A stretch of DNA of 64,000 nucleotides from an uncultured delta proteobacterium (GCA_963735595.1 CAVTLK010000004.1:320001-384000); one strand, 5' to 3'; positions 52,186 through 64,000 are shown, counted from the stretch's first letter. Numbers and translations are program-made. The notes: generated from the letters alone by a model not told the origin.

Positions 52186-53520
52186 CCGAGAAGATTCAAG
52201 CGGACCTGATGATCCGGGGCGGCACGGTCCTCACGATGGACGACGGCCGCGCAATCGAAAACGGCGCGGTGGCGATTACCGGAGATACGATCGCCTTTGT
52301 CGGGAGGCGGGCGAGGCCGCCGGGCGCTGTACGGCAAAAAACGAGATAGACGCCGCGGGCTGCGTCGTCATGCCGGGGTTAATCAATGGGCACACCCACG
52401 CGGCCATGAGCCTTTTCCGGGGCATCGCCGACGACCTTCCACTGGAGCGGTGGCTCTCCGACTACATCTTTCCCGCCGAGAAAAATAACCTCGACGACGA
52501 TTTCGTTTACTGGGGGACGAAGCTGGCCTGCGCCGAGATGCTGTTAGGCGGGGTGACGACGTTTTGCGACATGTACCTCTTCGAGGAGTCGGCCGCGCGC
52601 GCCGCCAAGGAGATGGGGATGCGGGGGGTGCTGGGGGAGGTCCTCTATGATTTTGACTCGCCCGAACTACGGGCCCATCGACAACGGGATTTGCCTATAC
52701 CGAGGCCTTCATCAAAAAATGGACAGGACGATCCCCTGATCGTCCCGTCGATCCAGCCCCACGCGCTGGATACCTGCTCGCCCGACCTGTTGGTCCGGGC
52801 GCACGGGAGATATCCGACACAGTACGGCGTGCGCTCGATCGTCCACGTGGCCGAGTCGAGGGGAAACGTCGCTCATGTCAAGGAAAAATACGGCAAGAGC
52901 TCCTTTGCCTATCTGGACGACCTGGGGGTGCTGGACGAGCGGTTTATTGCGCTTCACGCCGTCTGGGTGGACGGCCGAGGAGATCGGAGATCATGCGACG
53001 ATCGGGGCGTCTCGGTGGTGACCAACCCCGAGAGCAACATGAAGCTTGCCTCCGGGTGGGCGCCGGTGCACAACTACCTCGAACGGGGGATCACGGTGGG
53101 GATCGGGACCGACGGGTGCGCCAGCAACAACGACCTCGACCTCTTCGGCGAGATGGACACCCTGGCAAAGCTCCACAAGGTCTACGACGCCGACCCGACC
53201 CACATGGACGCCAGGACCGTCACCGAGATCGCCACCAAAAAGGGGCGCCGGCCGCCCTCGGGCTGGGGGACATCACGGGGACGCTTACCGCGGGAAAGAA
53301 GGCCGACATCATCGTCGTCGATTTCAACAAGCCCCACCTGACGCCGGTCTATAACCCCTACTCGCACCTGGTCTACGCCGCCAAATCGTCCGACGTGCGC
53401 GACGTGGTGGTAAACGGGGAAGCTGCTCGTGCGCGACGGCAGGCTGACGAAGGCCGATACGGCCGAGATCATGGCAAAAGGGAGGGAGCTGGCGGAAAGG
53501 GTGAGGAAGTAGGCATGTAA
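52182..53520 (+). CDS. Amidohydrolase, MTA/SAH/5'-deoxyadenosine deaminase-like (copy 1); frameshifted
   Basis: PGLINGHTHAAM, IFPAE, GVTTFCDMY, HVAES, NPESNMKLASG and GTDGCASNNDLD. Confidence 0.85.
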
Positions 53521-53682
53521 TGTGGGCGGCGATTAATTAGTAAATCATGAGTCAGATATATTAAGTATGGCATAAATTCTGTGCATGCGTATGAGCGGAT
53601 TGAGGTGCAGCTGTCCGGTTCCGTATAGATACGCGTTTCGAGAAAGCTTCTATCATCATCGAAAAAGATGTCATAATAAGTC

Positions 53683-54044
53683 ATGCTACCAAAAACGTCC
53701 GACATCTCTTCCATCCTCGCCGCCGACGGGACTCCCGTCAAGGAGCTGTTGTCGCCGGGCAAGGACGACGTCGGCATCCGTTACTCTATTGCCCTTGCGC
53801 GGCTGCCGAGGGGAGAGAGAACCTTCCCCACCGCCTGAAGACCTCGTCGGAGGTCTACCTCATCACCGGGGGGCGGGGGATCATGCACATCGACGATGAG
53901 GCGGCCGAGGTATCGGCGGGGGACCACGTCTATATCCCGCCCGGGGCGCTGCAGTGGATAGAAAACGCGGGTGATACGGACCTCGTCTTTTACTGTATCG
54001 TCGACCCGCCGTGGCGGGCAGACGACGAATCGGTGATCGTATGA
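53683..54044 (+). CDS. Cupin-domain protein; frameshifted
   Basis: Joined frames give YSIALARL...PHRLKTSSEVYLI..G.G.MHIDDE...GDHVYIPPG..QWIEN.G...LVFYCIVDPPW. Confidence 0.75.
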
Positions 54045-55367
54045 CCGAAAAAGTCGACCTGATCGTCAAGGGTGGGCCGCTCTTGACATTTGATGAACAG
54101 GACAGCCGCTACACCCGCGGGATCGTCTGCGTAAAGGACGGGAAGGTCGCCGCCGTCGGCGATGAATTTCGAAATCGGGCAGTGACTACGAGGCCGACCG
54201 TACCGTCGATACGGGCGGCGACCTCATCATGCCCGGCCTGATCAATGGGCACACGCATGCGGCGATGTCCCTCTTGCGCGGGTATGCCGACGACCTGCCG
54301 CTCGACACCTGGCTCTTTGACCACATCATCCCCGGCGGAAGAAAAGCTCATGGACGAGGAAATGGTCTACTGGGGGACGCTGGTCTCTGCCGCGGAGATG
54401 CTGCGCTCCGGAATAACCACGTGCGCGGACGCATATTTCTTTGCCTCTGCGGCCGCCCGGGCCTACAGGGACGCAGGGATGCGGGCCGTTGTCGCCCAGG
54501 GCGTCATGGACGGCCCCAAGCCCCAGTGGAACGACGACGACGCGCGGGCCGAGGTGCTGCGCTCCTTTTTCGCCGACAACGCGCCGGAGCCGAAAGGGCT
54601 CGTTACCCCGGCGCTCTTCGTCCACGCCCCCTACACCGCATGCTCCCGAGACCTACCGTCAGGCTAAGGAGATGTGCGACGAACACGGCGCCCTCCTCTT
54701 TACGCACCTGCTCGGAATCGAAGCGGGAGGTGCGCGACGTCAAGGAGAAATACGGCGCGACCCCCGTCCGCGTCCTGGCCCGGGAGGGGATACTCTCCGA
54801 TACCTTTGTCGGCGTTCACGCCGTCTGGGTCGACCCGGAGGAGATCGATATCCTTTCGCAGTACGGCGCCTCGGTCGTCCACTGCCCGGGAAGCAACGCG
54901 AAGCTCGGAAACGGCCTTGCGCCGGTGGGCGAAATGCTTGCCGCGGGGATTCCCGTGGGGCTGGGCACCGACGGCCCCGCGTCAAACAACCGCCAGGACC
55001 TCTTCCACGAGATGGACTTTTGCGCCAAGGGGCACAAACTCGTCACCCGAGACCCCTCCGTGATGGACGCGCGCACCGTCCTCAAGATGGCCCTCTACCT
55101 GGGCGCCGAGGCACTCGGGATCGAGGAGACGGCCGGCAGCCTGTCTGCCCGGTATGGCCGCCGATATGATCGTCCTCGACCTTTCGCGCCCCGCACGCGG
55201 CGCCGATGTTTTCGTACGAGTCCCACCTGGTCTACAGCGCCCGGGGGCTGGACGTAAAGACCACCATCGTCGGAGGACGGGTCGTCCATCATTGGGGGAA
55301 GATCCTTGCCTTCGACGAGGCCGAGGCCCTTGCAAAAGCCTTCGAGATTATCAAGAGACTAAAATAA
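54041..55367 (+). CDS. Amidohydrolase, MTA/SAH deaminase-like (copy 2); frameshifted
   Basis: PGLINGHTHAAM, GITTCADAY, HAPYT, HCPGSNAKLGNG and GTDGPASNN. Confidence 0.85.
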
Positions 55368-55607
55368 TTTGCTCAGGTAATAATATAACCGCCGTTTATT
55401 ATACGTCAACCCGATTGTTGATAATTATTTTATTGACAGGATTGGCCATAAGTATATATATTCTTACCTTCGATACCATCTCTGCTTTTTGTACATCCTG
55501 ATCCGACCGATACACCGGACCTCCACGCGGCGGCCGTTGCGCCAGGTGGGTACGTGAGCCCGTCGCGGACTATCATATCAATACTCGATACCTTTCTCAG
55601 GTGGGTG

Positions 55608-56435
55608 ATGCCGATGGAAATTGGAATTACCATTACTGACCTGAACGGGACCATTATCTACACGAACCCGGTAGACGCCATGATCCACGGGTGGAGCGTG
55701 GAAGAGCTCATCGGCAAGCAGTCCCGGATCTTCGGCCCGAAAGATATCTGGAGGATCATGACCAGCGACGAGGTCGGGAGCATGGCCTTCTTCACCCGGG
55801 AGACCAGGAACGTCAGGAAGGACGGGACGGTCTTCCCCGTTCGTCTCACGTCCGACATCATCCGCAACGAGAACAACGAGCCGCACCTTATCGTGAACGC
55901 CTGCAAGGACCTTTCGGGCAAGAAACGGGTCGAAGATATGCTCTTGAAGCTCTCGATAACCGACAGCCTGACCGGACTGTTTAATCGGCGGTACTTTCAA
56001 ATGAAGATCACCGAAGAAGTGCACCGCGCTTCGCGTATGGGCTACCCCCTCTCCCTTATAATGCTCGATGTCGACGACCTCAAGACTATTAACGATACGA
56101 GCGGGCATCTAGCCGGCGACGATATACTCGTTGGTGTGGCAGAGATCATCGTTGAATCCATCCGCAAGGATACGGATACCGCCTATCGGTACGGGGGAGA
56201 CGAATTCCTGCTGATCCTGCCGAACTCGGACGAAGAGAAGGCCCGGTGCGTGGCCTTCAGGATCACCTGCAGGGTGATGGAGCGGTTCGGGAGAATCGGG
56301 ATCAGCGCCGGCGTTGCCGGCTTCAGGAGAGGCGATTCGGAAAAGGAGCTGATACACGCCGCCGATACGGCCATGTACGCCGAAAAGCTGGTAAAAAAGC
56401 AGCGGGAGCTGGGGGGGGCCGGGTCACGGCTCTGA
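55608..56435 (+). CDS. PAS-GGDEF diguanylate cyclase
   Basis: PAS/PAC domain, then TDSLTGLFNRR, DVDDLK.IND..GH..GD and RYGGDEF. Start uncertain. Confidence 0.9.
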   Translation: MPMEIGITITDLNGTIIYTNPVDAMIHGWSVEELIGKQSRIFGPKDIWRIMTSDEVGSMAFFTRETRNVRKDGTVFPVRLTSDIIRNENNEPHLIVNACKDLSGKKRVEDMLLKLSITDSLTGLFNRRYFQMKITEEVHRASRMGYPLSLIMLDVDDLKTINDTSGHLAGDDILVGVAEIIVESIRKDTDTAYRYGGDEFLLILPNSDEEKARCVAFRITCRVMERFGRIGISAGVAGFRRGDSEKELIHAADTAMYAEKLVKKQRELGGAGSRL

Positions 56436-56475
56436 TCCCGGTCTGCTCGAAAAACTAACGTCCGGTTTGATAGAG

Positions 56476-56510
56476 ACACGGGCGACCGGAAGGCCGCCCG
56501 TGTTTATTTT
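56476..56510 (+). terminator. Intrinsic terminator between convergent genes
   Basis: ACACGGGCG...CGCCCGTGT stem followed by TTATTTT. Confidence 0.65.
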
Positions 56511-56636
56511 CTGAAGGTCTACGGTCTGGCGTGCGGGCCCGACCGCCCGATACCACACCCGATGAGGTCCGCCTCATTAGTCTGGGGTTCCGAAGCCGTC
56601 CGCCCGCCCGGAGCGCAGCGGCTTTCGGGGGACCTC

Positions 56637-59106
56637 CTATTCTTCCTTGTTATCCTTTTTGTCCTTTTCGTCGGACTTATCCACGTCCTTGAGCTTCTTG
56701 TGGATCTCGCGCAGTTTTTCGGTCATCAGCGCGTTGACGGTTCCCGCGGGATACGTGCCGTCCTTGCCCTTTTCCCCCGCCGGGACGCCCGTGAGGACTT
56801 CGATCCCCTCATCGATGGTCGATACGCTCCAGATGTGGAATTTCCCCGACTTCACGGCCGCCACGATATCGGGCCTCAGCATCAGGTCGTCCACGTTGGT
56901 CTTCGGGATCATTACCCCCTGGGTTCCCGATAGTCCCCGGTCGCTGCAGACGTCAAAGAAACCTTCGATCTTCTCGTTGACGCCGCCGATCGGCTGCACG
57001 TCTCCCCGCTGGTTGACCGACCCGGTGACGGCGATATCCTGGTGGAGCGGCAGTTCCGTGATGCTCGATATGAGCGCGTAGAGCTCCGTAGAGGACGCGC
57101 TGTCTCCATCGACGCCGTAGTAAGACTGCTCGAAGCAGATGGACGCGGAAAGGGTCATGGGCGCATCCTGGGCATAGCGGCCCCTCAGGTAGCCGGTGAG
57201 GATCAGCACCCCCTTGTCGTGGGTGCTGCCGGAAAGCTTCGCCTCGCGCTCGATATTGATGATCCCCGCCCGCCCCAGAGACGTGACCGCGGTAATCCGG
57301 CTGGGGGCGCCGAACGAGATATTGCCGAGGCTGTAGACGGCCAGGCCGTTGACCTGCCCCACCGCGGCCCCGGCGGTGTCAATCATGATGACCCCTTCCT
57401 TCATCCGCTCCTTGAACTTGTCGTAGACCATGGTCAGGCGCTTTTGCTTTTCCGTAATCGCCCGCTCAACATCGGCCCCCTCAACGACCGTCCGGGAGTC
57501 GGTCTTTGCCCAGTAGGCGGACTCCCGTATAAGGTCCGCGACGTCCGAAAGCCTGCTGGAGATCTTCTTTTGGCTCCGTGGATTCCCGGACGCCGAATTC
57601 GACGAGGGAGGCCACGGCCGTGTTTGCAAAGGGCGGGAGCTTCTCCTCGTTGGTGATCTTCCTGACGAAAGAGGCATAACCGGTCAGGTGTTCATCGTTT
57701 CTCTCCATGACCGGGTCAAAATCGGATTTGATCTTGAAGATCATCGAGAAATCGTCGTCCTGTGCCAGGAGGAGATAGTAGACGTAGGGATCGCCCACCA
57801 TGATCACCTTGACGTTAGAGTCGATCGCTTCAGGTTTAAGCGAAAAAGCCGCGAAGATAAAAAGCGGCTCAAGCAGCTGAAACTCGATTTTACGGTTCTT
57901 CAGGACCCGCTTCAGGCCGCGCCAGCCTCCCGGTTCGGTGAGGAGGTCAAAGGCGTTGACGATGAGGTAGCCGCCGTTTGCCCGGTGGATGCTGCCCGCC
58001 TTAAGGCGGGTAAAATCGGTAGACATCGTTCCCGTGCGGTCGATGGAGCGCTCGATTACCCCGAAGAGGTTGCCGAACGTCGGGTTGGTTTCGAGGATGA
58101 CCGGAGCTCCCTTCGTTTCGGAGTTATCCACCAGGAGGTTGACTTCATACCGCCAGAGCGGGCTCCTCTCGGGCCCGCCGCCCATGAAGGAAAAGGGCAT
58201 CTGGGGCGCCTGGGGGGTCTCTTCTTCCTTGAAAAAGGAGACGTTCTCGACGATGTCGTTCGTGAGATCGGCCAGGTACCGGGTCACCGGCTCCACGTTA
58301 AAGGCGTCGGCGATAGCCTTGACCTGTTCTTCCACGTGAGGCCGAATCGCCTCCACCTCGAGGCTCTCGATGCTTTTTCTGAGCTCCTTCTCTATATCCA
58401 CGGTCGCCCGCTGGGTATTCTCGAGCTCATTGTTGAGCTGAAACGACTTATCCTTGAGCTCTTCAAAGCGGTCTTTGGGGAACTCCCCGGCCTCCACCAT
58501 GCTCTCGAGCTTCTCAAGGGGAGTGGGTTGATTCTGGAAGTTAGGCATCAGCACCGGTCTCTGAAACGGACCGACCTGCACCTGAACAAGGGAAAACCCT
58601 TCTTCCTGGGATCTTAATTTAATCCGATTTACCAGCTCTTTCTGGCGGTTTCGAAAGTCTTCTACGACGTTCTTGATACTGTTTTTGAAATCCTGGCTGG
58701 CCAACACCTGCGGAATGAACGTGGCGAGATTGGCGATGAAGGATTCCATCATCTTCTTTAAGCGGATGCCCTCTCCCGCACGAAGCAGGATCGCTGTGGG
58801 GCTGTCGGTATTCTTGAAATTATGGACATACAGGATGTCGTCGGGGGGCGGGCCCGGTTTCAGGAATTTCTCGAGTGTGGTCTTGATTGTGGTAGACCTG
58901 CCGGTCCCGGTAAGGCCGGCAACGAAGATATTGTAGCCGGGGCTTTCTATCTCGAGGCCCGTCTTGAGGGCCGTCAACGCCCGATCCTGCCCTAATATTC
59001 CGTCCAGTGGCTCGATCTCATCGGTCGTCTTGAAAGGAAAAAGCGCTGGATCACATCTCCACCGCAGCCTATCAACGGGTATCTTTCTCGAATTCGTATC
59101 AAGCAT
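56637..59106 (-). CDS. Lon-like (LonB/LonC, COG1067) ATP-dependent protease; frameshift near 57590
   Basis: GQDRAL, GYNIFV.G.TGTGRST, ANGGYL, GQVNGL, FEQSY.GVDGDSAS (catalytic Ser) and IGGVNEKIEGF (catalytic Lys). Confidence 0.9.
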
Positions 59107-59196
59107 GAGACCTGCTCCCTATGAAAATGGAGGAGAGATTAGCTACATTAAATGATATGGTACGCGGACGCCTTTGTCAAGCCACATAATTATGTA

Positions 59197-59225
59197 TTGA
59201 CACTCCTTATGGCGGAGGGTAGTAT
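59197..59225 (+). promoter_or_regulatory. Sigma70-type promoter
   Basis: TTGACA-17 nt-TAGTAT. Confidence 0.6.
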
Positions 59226-59248
59226 ACAAAAACACCCGGAGAAGCCTG

Positions 59249-59806
59249 ATGTCCGAAAGAAGATTTGCCGCGACCGTTGCGATACTGTACGGCACCTTAA
59301 TCCTGTTTTCGCTGGGTGATCCCCTCATGCTGCTGTCAATCGGGCGGCTCCTGTTGGGTGAGCGCGTTGACCTCGTTTTCTCGCTTGCTCCCTACGGCTT
59401 CATCAGCCTCCTGCTGGTGTATCTCACATTCATAAAAAAAGAAACGCGAAGCGGGGATTTTTTCTTCCTGATGATTATTTCCGTGGTTCTTTTTTTTATT
59501 GTCCGTTTCCTGAATGGCGAGCGTGAAAAAGTCCACGTGATCGAATTTGCCCTTCTGGGCGGCCTGTTCCTGCGCCCGGCCACGCTATGGGGACTTAACC
59601 GGCACGCGGCCTATGGACTTACGATGGTGGCGGGCCTGATGACCGTAGGATTCGATGAACTGCTCCAGGTATTACTCTCGCTAAAGGTCTTCAGCATACG
59701 GGATGTGCTGGTTAACAGCATGGGCGTTGCGCTGGGTGCGGTGATATGTGGCGGTCTTTTCTATGATCCGCCACGCGATAGTGAGGCGCCTAAAACCTCC
59801 CCCTGA
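59249..59806 (+). CDS. VanZ-like membrane protein
   Basis: EKVHVIEFALLG, FDELLQ and F.IRDVLVNSMG motifs; multiple transmembrane segments. Confidence 0.8.
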   Translation: MSERRFAATVAILYGTLILFSLGDPLMLLSIGRLLLGERVDLVFSLAPYGFISLLLVYLTFIKKETRSGDFFFLMIISVVLFFIVRFLNGEREKVHVIEFALLGGLFLRPATLWGLNRHAAYGLTMVAGLMTVGFDELLQVLLSLKVFSIRDVLVNSMGVALGAVICGGLFYDPPRDSEAPKTSP

Positions 59807-60054
59807 TCAGTTCGCGAGGGAGGGCGGCGCCTTATGAGCGACCGGACGAGCACGAACCGTTCGGATGCGGGAAGCGGGTCGGAGCGATGTATTCCGACCC
59901 GCAATGTTTAAACGGACAGATAGCGGTTCCCCTTATCATCCTGCTACCGGCCACAGTAAACCAAGCGGCGCTGAAACGCCGGTTACGACCCCTTGCCCCC
60001 GGGCATACCTCCGGTGCCGGTCGCATTTGGATCCGCCTTCGGTAATAATCACGT

Positions 60055-62835
60055 ATGGACGAAATCGCACAGCTGAAGAAACAGAATAGGGCGCTCAAGA
60101 AAGAGGTCGCCGCCCTGACCGATCGACTTGAAGCCTGCGCTTCCCTTGAGTCTACGGCGGCCATTGCCCAGGCGATTGATCACTCGCTTTCCGGTATCGC
60201 CATAACGGACAACCGGTGGCGCATTCTGTACGCCAACCCGGCGATGATCCGCCTATGGGGCTACGAAACGATCGACGAGGTGATCGAGAGACCCGTAAGG
60301 TCCTATTTTGACGGCTTGGGCGATTCCAGATTAACCGAGATATTAAGGAGTATTCTGGATCTCGGGACCTGGCAGGGAGAACTCATGGGTCGGAGAAAGG
60401 ACGGCAGCGTCTTTCCCGTACTCATGGCTGGTTCCCGTCTTGTTGATGAGACTGACACTTTTGCCGGCGTTGTGGTTTCGTGTATCGATATGACCGACTA
60501 TCAGTTGGCCATATCGGCGCTTTCCGAGTCCGAGGAGCGATACCGGACGACGCTGGATCATCTCGGAGATTCGGTTTACCTGGTCGATCGGGATCTTACG
60601 CTCGTCTATGTCAATGAGCGGATAAACAGGTACGCGAAGACACTCGGGATTGACTTCAGGCGACACATCGGAAAGAGCATTACCGAGCTGAATATTGAAC
60701 TCGGGTATGACGTCGAGGCAGAATTCCGCCGGGTAATCGAGACCGGCCTTCCCCTGATAACCGAAGGGGAAATAACGGCGACCGGCACAACGTTTCTCAT
60801 GCAGAAACGACGGATTCCCATCCTGAATAGCGGAGAGGTGACGCACATCGTCACGGTGCTCCATAACATCACCGACCAGAAGCTAAACGAAGAAAAACTC
60901 AGGCAGTCCGAACAGAAATATCGGGTAATTGCCGACAACGTACCCGTCGGAATATTTATTCACGTCGGAGGGATTGTAAAATACGCCGGTGAGGAGGGGG
61001 CCCGGATGCTCGGTTATTCGGCCGACGAGCGGATCGGGACAAACATCATGGACGTGATTCACGAGGACGACCGGCCTCTGGTCATGGATCGTGCCCGGAG
61101 AAGGGCCCTCGGCGAGGACGTGCCGAGCGGTTACGAGGTCAGGATAGTCAGGAAAGACGGGAGCCTCCTTCCGATCCTGATTTACGGCAGCAACGTCGAC
61201 TACCTCGGAGAGAAGGCAATACAGGGGGTCTTTATTGATATTTCCGAGCGCAAGAAGGTTGAACGGGAATTGGAGCAGACCCTCGAGAGGCTCAAGCAGT
61301 CGGAAAAACGACACCGCCTCCTGGTGGAGAGCAGCCACGACGGTATCGTCGTCATCCGTGATTCAAAGATGACCTTCTTCAATAAGAAGATGATGCAGCT
61401 GGTCGGGTACGAGGAGTCCGAGCTGATCGACCGCCCCTTCATGGACGTTACCCACCCGGATGATCGCCGGTTCGTTATGGATAATTATCTCAAACGAATC
61501 GGCGGCCATAATTCGCCCGACAGATACGAGTTCCGGCTTGTCAACAAGGAGGGAAACCCGGTTTTCGTCGAGATTAACGTCGTCCTTTCCGAGTGGGAGG
61601 ACCAAATGGTGTCGGTCTGCTTTATCCGCGACATTACCGACCGCAAGGTGGCCGAAGATGAGCGGGCAATGCTTTTTGACCAGCTTGTTTCCGCCCAGAA
61701 GATGGAGGCCATCGGCACGCTGGCCGGCGGTATGGCCCATAATTTCAACAACATCCTCGTGGGAATCATGGGCTACTCGGAATACCTGCTCTCCAAAAGA
61801 AGCGAAACGGACCCCGAATACAAGGCCATCAAGACCATTCACGAGGGGAGCGTCAAGGCTTCCGACCTGACCCGTCAGCTCCTCAACATCGCCCGGGGGG
61901 GGGAGTTCAAACGGGTGCGCCTGTCCCTCAACGAGGTCATCAACCGGGTTATGCCGCTCATCGTGGGTACCTTCAATAAATCAATAGAGGTCCAGACCGT
62001 CCTCGATCCGGGCCCGGTAGTCATGGAGGGAGACGTTGGGCAGATAGAACAGAGCCTCCTCAATATATGCATCAACGCCCGTGACGCAATGCCGGAGGGG
62101 GGTAAACTCGTCATTGAGACCTACACCCGCCAGCTGGACGAGGATTTTGTGAAGCTGCACCTGGGCGCCAAGATCGGCAATTACGTGGTGCTCTCGGTGA
62201 CCGACACCGGTATCGGGATGCCCCCTCACATAAAAGACCATATCTACGAGCCGTTCTTCAGCACAAAGAAGCACGCCGGCGGCACCGGCATGGGGCTTGC
62301 CACGGTATGGGGAGTGGTCAAGAACCACGGGGGTATCGTTTCCGTCTACAGCGAGCCGGGTACCGGCACTACGTTTACGCTCTATTTCCCCGCTATCTAC
62401 CAGAAAACCCGGAAGGAGGACCATCGGCGCGACGAGATAATGCCCGGAAAGGGCGAGACGCTGCTCTTGGTGGACGACGAGCCGATTATTCGTGAGATGT
62501 GGGGCGAAATCCTCGACGAGGTCGGGTATCATGTCCTTTCGGCCGGCGATGGAGACGAAGCGCTGTCGGTTCTGGAGGAGCGCGGCGGCGCGGTGGACCT
62601 GGTGATACTTGATCTGGTTATGCCCCGCAAGGGCGGTGAAGAAGCCTTCCTATTGATACGAAAGCGCTACCCGTCGATGAAAGTGCTGGTCTCTTCGGGT
62701 TATAGCGAAAACGGCGAAGCGAAGAAGGTCATGGAGCGTGGGGCCGACGGCTTTATCCAGAAACCGTATCAGATCCGAATGGTGACGGCCAAGCTCAGGG
62801 AGATACTCACGGTGAAACCGAAGGCGAAGGCGTGA
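60055..62835 (+). CDS. Cytoplasmic PAS x4 hybrid histidine kinase with C-terminal receiver (CckA-like)
   Basis: QKMEAIGTLAGGMAHNFNN, NICINARDAM, EPFFSTK, GTGMGLA, LVDDE...DLVMP. Confidence 0.92.
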   Translation: MDEIAQLKKQNRALKKEVAALTDRLEACASLESTAAIAQAIDHSLSGIAITDNRWRILYANPAMIRLWGYETIDEVIERPVRSYFDGLGDSRLTEILRSILDLGTWQGELMGRRKDGSVFPVLMAGSRLVDETDTFAGVVVSCIDMTDYQLAISALSESEERYRTTLDHLGDSVYLVDRDLTLVYVNERINRYAKTLGIDFRRHIGKSITELNIELGYDVEAEFRRVIETGLPLITEGEITATGTTFLMQKRRIPILNSGEVTHIVTVLHNITDQKLNEEKLRQSEQKYRVIADNVPVGIFIHVGGIVKYAGEEGARMLGYSADERIGTNIMDVIHEDDRPLVMDRARRRALGEDVPSGYEVRIVRKDGSLLPILIYGSNVDYLGEKAIQGVFIDISERKKVERELEQTLERLKQSEKRHRLLVESSHDGIVVIRDSKMTFFNKKMMQLVGYEESELIDRPFMDVTHPDDRRFVMDNYLKRIGGHNSPDRYEFRLVNKEGNPVFVEINVVLSEWEDQMVSVCFIRDITDRKVAEDERAMLFDQLVSAQKMEAIGTLAGGMAHNFNNILVGIMGYSEYLLSKRSETDPEYKAIKTIHEGSVKASDLTRQLLNIARGGEFKRVRLSLNEVINRVMPLIVGTFNKSIEVQTVLDPGPVVMEGDVGQIEQSLLNICINARDAMPEGGKLVIETYTRQLDEDFVKLHLGAKIGNYVVLSVTDTGIGMPPHIKDHIYEPFFSTKKHAGGTGMGLATVWGVVKNHGGIVSVYSEPGTGTTFTLYFPAIYQKTRKEDHRRDEIMPGKGETLLLVDDEPIIREMWGEILDEVGYHVLSAGDGDEALSVLEERGGAVDLVILDLVMPRKGGEEAFLLIRKRYPSMKVLVSSGYSENGEAKKVMERGADGFIQKPYQIRMVTAKLREILTVKPKAKA

Positions 62836-62986
62836 ACGGGTAAAACGATGTGAATACAAGACGCGGCGAATTCAAGGCCGCGGCTTCCCGCTCACGGCTC
62901 AGATTCCCGGCCCCAAAAAAACCATTTGCAAATTATTTTCGTATGGATTATGGTAGTCACCGGCAAAGCGCGGGAGCATATCAGGG

Positions 62987-63814
62987 ATGAACCGATACCT
63001 TTTTAAGTTAGCTTTCTTATATCCCCGGATCTATTCGTTCATCGCTTATCACCGGGAGAAGAAACGTAAAAAAGAATACGAGGATAACGTAAAGCTGTTT
63101 TATGACAGCGATTCGAACCCTCGGGAGTATCGTCGGATCATCAGGGGTATGTTTGAGCTGAGGGGAACCAGGAGGATGCAGCGATATCTCATCCCCTACT
63201 TCGATGCGCGTTTTATCGAGCAGTTTGTGGAGATAGAGGGCCAGGACATACTGGATCGCGCATTAGCGGAAGGAAGGGGAGTCGTTCTCCTTTCGGCGCA
63301 TCTTGGGAATCTCAATTTCGGGCTTAGCGTCTTGAGGAAACTGGGATATAAGGTAAGCTTCCTGAAGGGTGGCAATCCTGAAAAGCGGAGATCCAGAAAT
63401 GCTCTGTATGTCAATCCTCACGCGTATTCAATCTACATATCCAAACCTCCTGTTTCGGATAGCACAAAGGAGAAGATCCGAGAAACCCTTCATTCGGGCA
63501 ATATAGTCTACTACACCGTGGATTCGGCATGGGGGAGAAGAAAGGCGATAGTCCCTTTCCGTGGGCGAAGGATCGGTATCCCGACCGGCATGATCTATTT
63601 CGCCCGGAGCGCCGATGCCACCATTGTACCCTTCTTTCAGCTATACCGGCACGGAAACATCAAGCTGATATTCAAGGAACCTATCGACGGCCGATGGAAA
63701 CAGGGCGAACGGGACTATGACCGTGTCATCGAGGAGTTCGCACGAATACTCGAGTCATATGTTTCTGCATACCCGAACGAGTATTACGGGAATGTCCGGT
63801 TCATGGTGTCTTAG
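62987..63814 (+). CDS. Lipid A late-acyltransferase-like (LpxL/HtrB family) lysophospholipid acyltransferase
   Basis: GRGVVLLSAHLGN, VPFRG...PTG...A....A.IVP and LE.YV..YP.EY. Confidence 0.75.
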   Translation: MNRYLFKLAFLYPRIYSFIAYHREKKRKKEYEDNVKLFYDSDSNPREYRRIIRGMFELRGTRRMQRYLIPYFDARFIEQFVEIEGQDILDRALAEGRGVVLLSAHLGNLNFGLSVLRKLGYKVSFLKGGNPEKRRSRNALYVNPHAYSIYISKPPVSDSTKEKIRETLHSGNIVYYTVDSAWGRRKAIVPFRGRRIGIPTGMIYFARSADATIVPFFQLYRHGNIKLIFKEPIDGRWKQGERDYDRVIEEFARILESYVSAYPNEYYGNVRFMVS

Positions 63815-64000
63815 ACGTTGGCCGCCTGCCGTTTGAAACGCGTTCGTTAGCAGATTCCCCCGTCTCCCGTCCCTCCCGGAAACCTCCCCTATTATCGTGA
63901 TACGCCGGAGCCTCTGCGGCATCTAAATAAGTACGGGGAGGAATACCCGCCCGGGTGTAAAACTCCGCATAAGCCGATATGCGAGATCGACCTGGTTATG

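Overview
GC-rich bacterial chromosomal window. Gene content is anaerobic deltaproteobacterial/Desulfobacterota-like, but the taxonomy is an inference. It holds about 46 protein-coding genes; I found no rRNA, tRNA, CRISPR array or transposase. Many genes, including selA, are split by single-base indels that occur in patches, most likely long-read assembly errors. The standout observation is a bacterial alpha-2-macroglobulin gene (15961-20607) with an in-frame TGA (19137-19139) exactly at the thioester cysteine, reading YPYG-[TGA]-NEQ against the family motif YPYG-C-x-E-Q. A bacterial-SECIS-like hairpin (19152-19170) follows 12 nt downstream. The selenocysteine synthase gene selA heads the same co-directional gene string. 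Together these suggest a selenocysteine-containing alpha-2-macroglobulin with a Sec-Gln selenoester trap, within a yfa/mag-like envelope operon. Other content includes a beta-CASP nuclease, MEMO1-, AcuC- and PfkB-family genes, a CHASE2 cyclase, rsmE, PAS histidine kinases, radA, an ABC importer, a TPR/HD/CHAT-like cluster behind NrdR- and DnaA-like boxes, a nucleoside salvage cluster, a GGDEF protein, a Lon-like protease and an acyltransferase.
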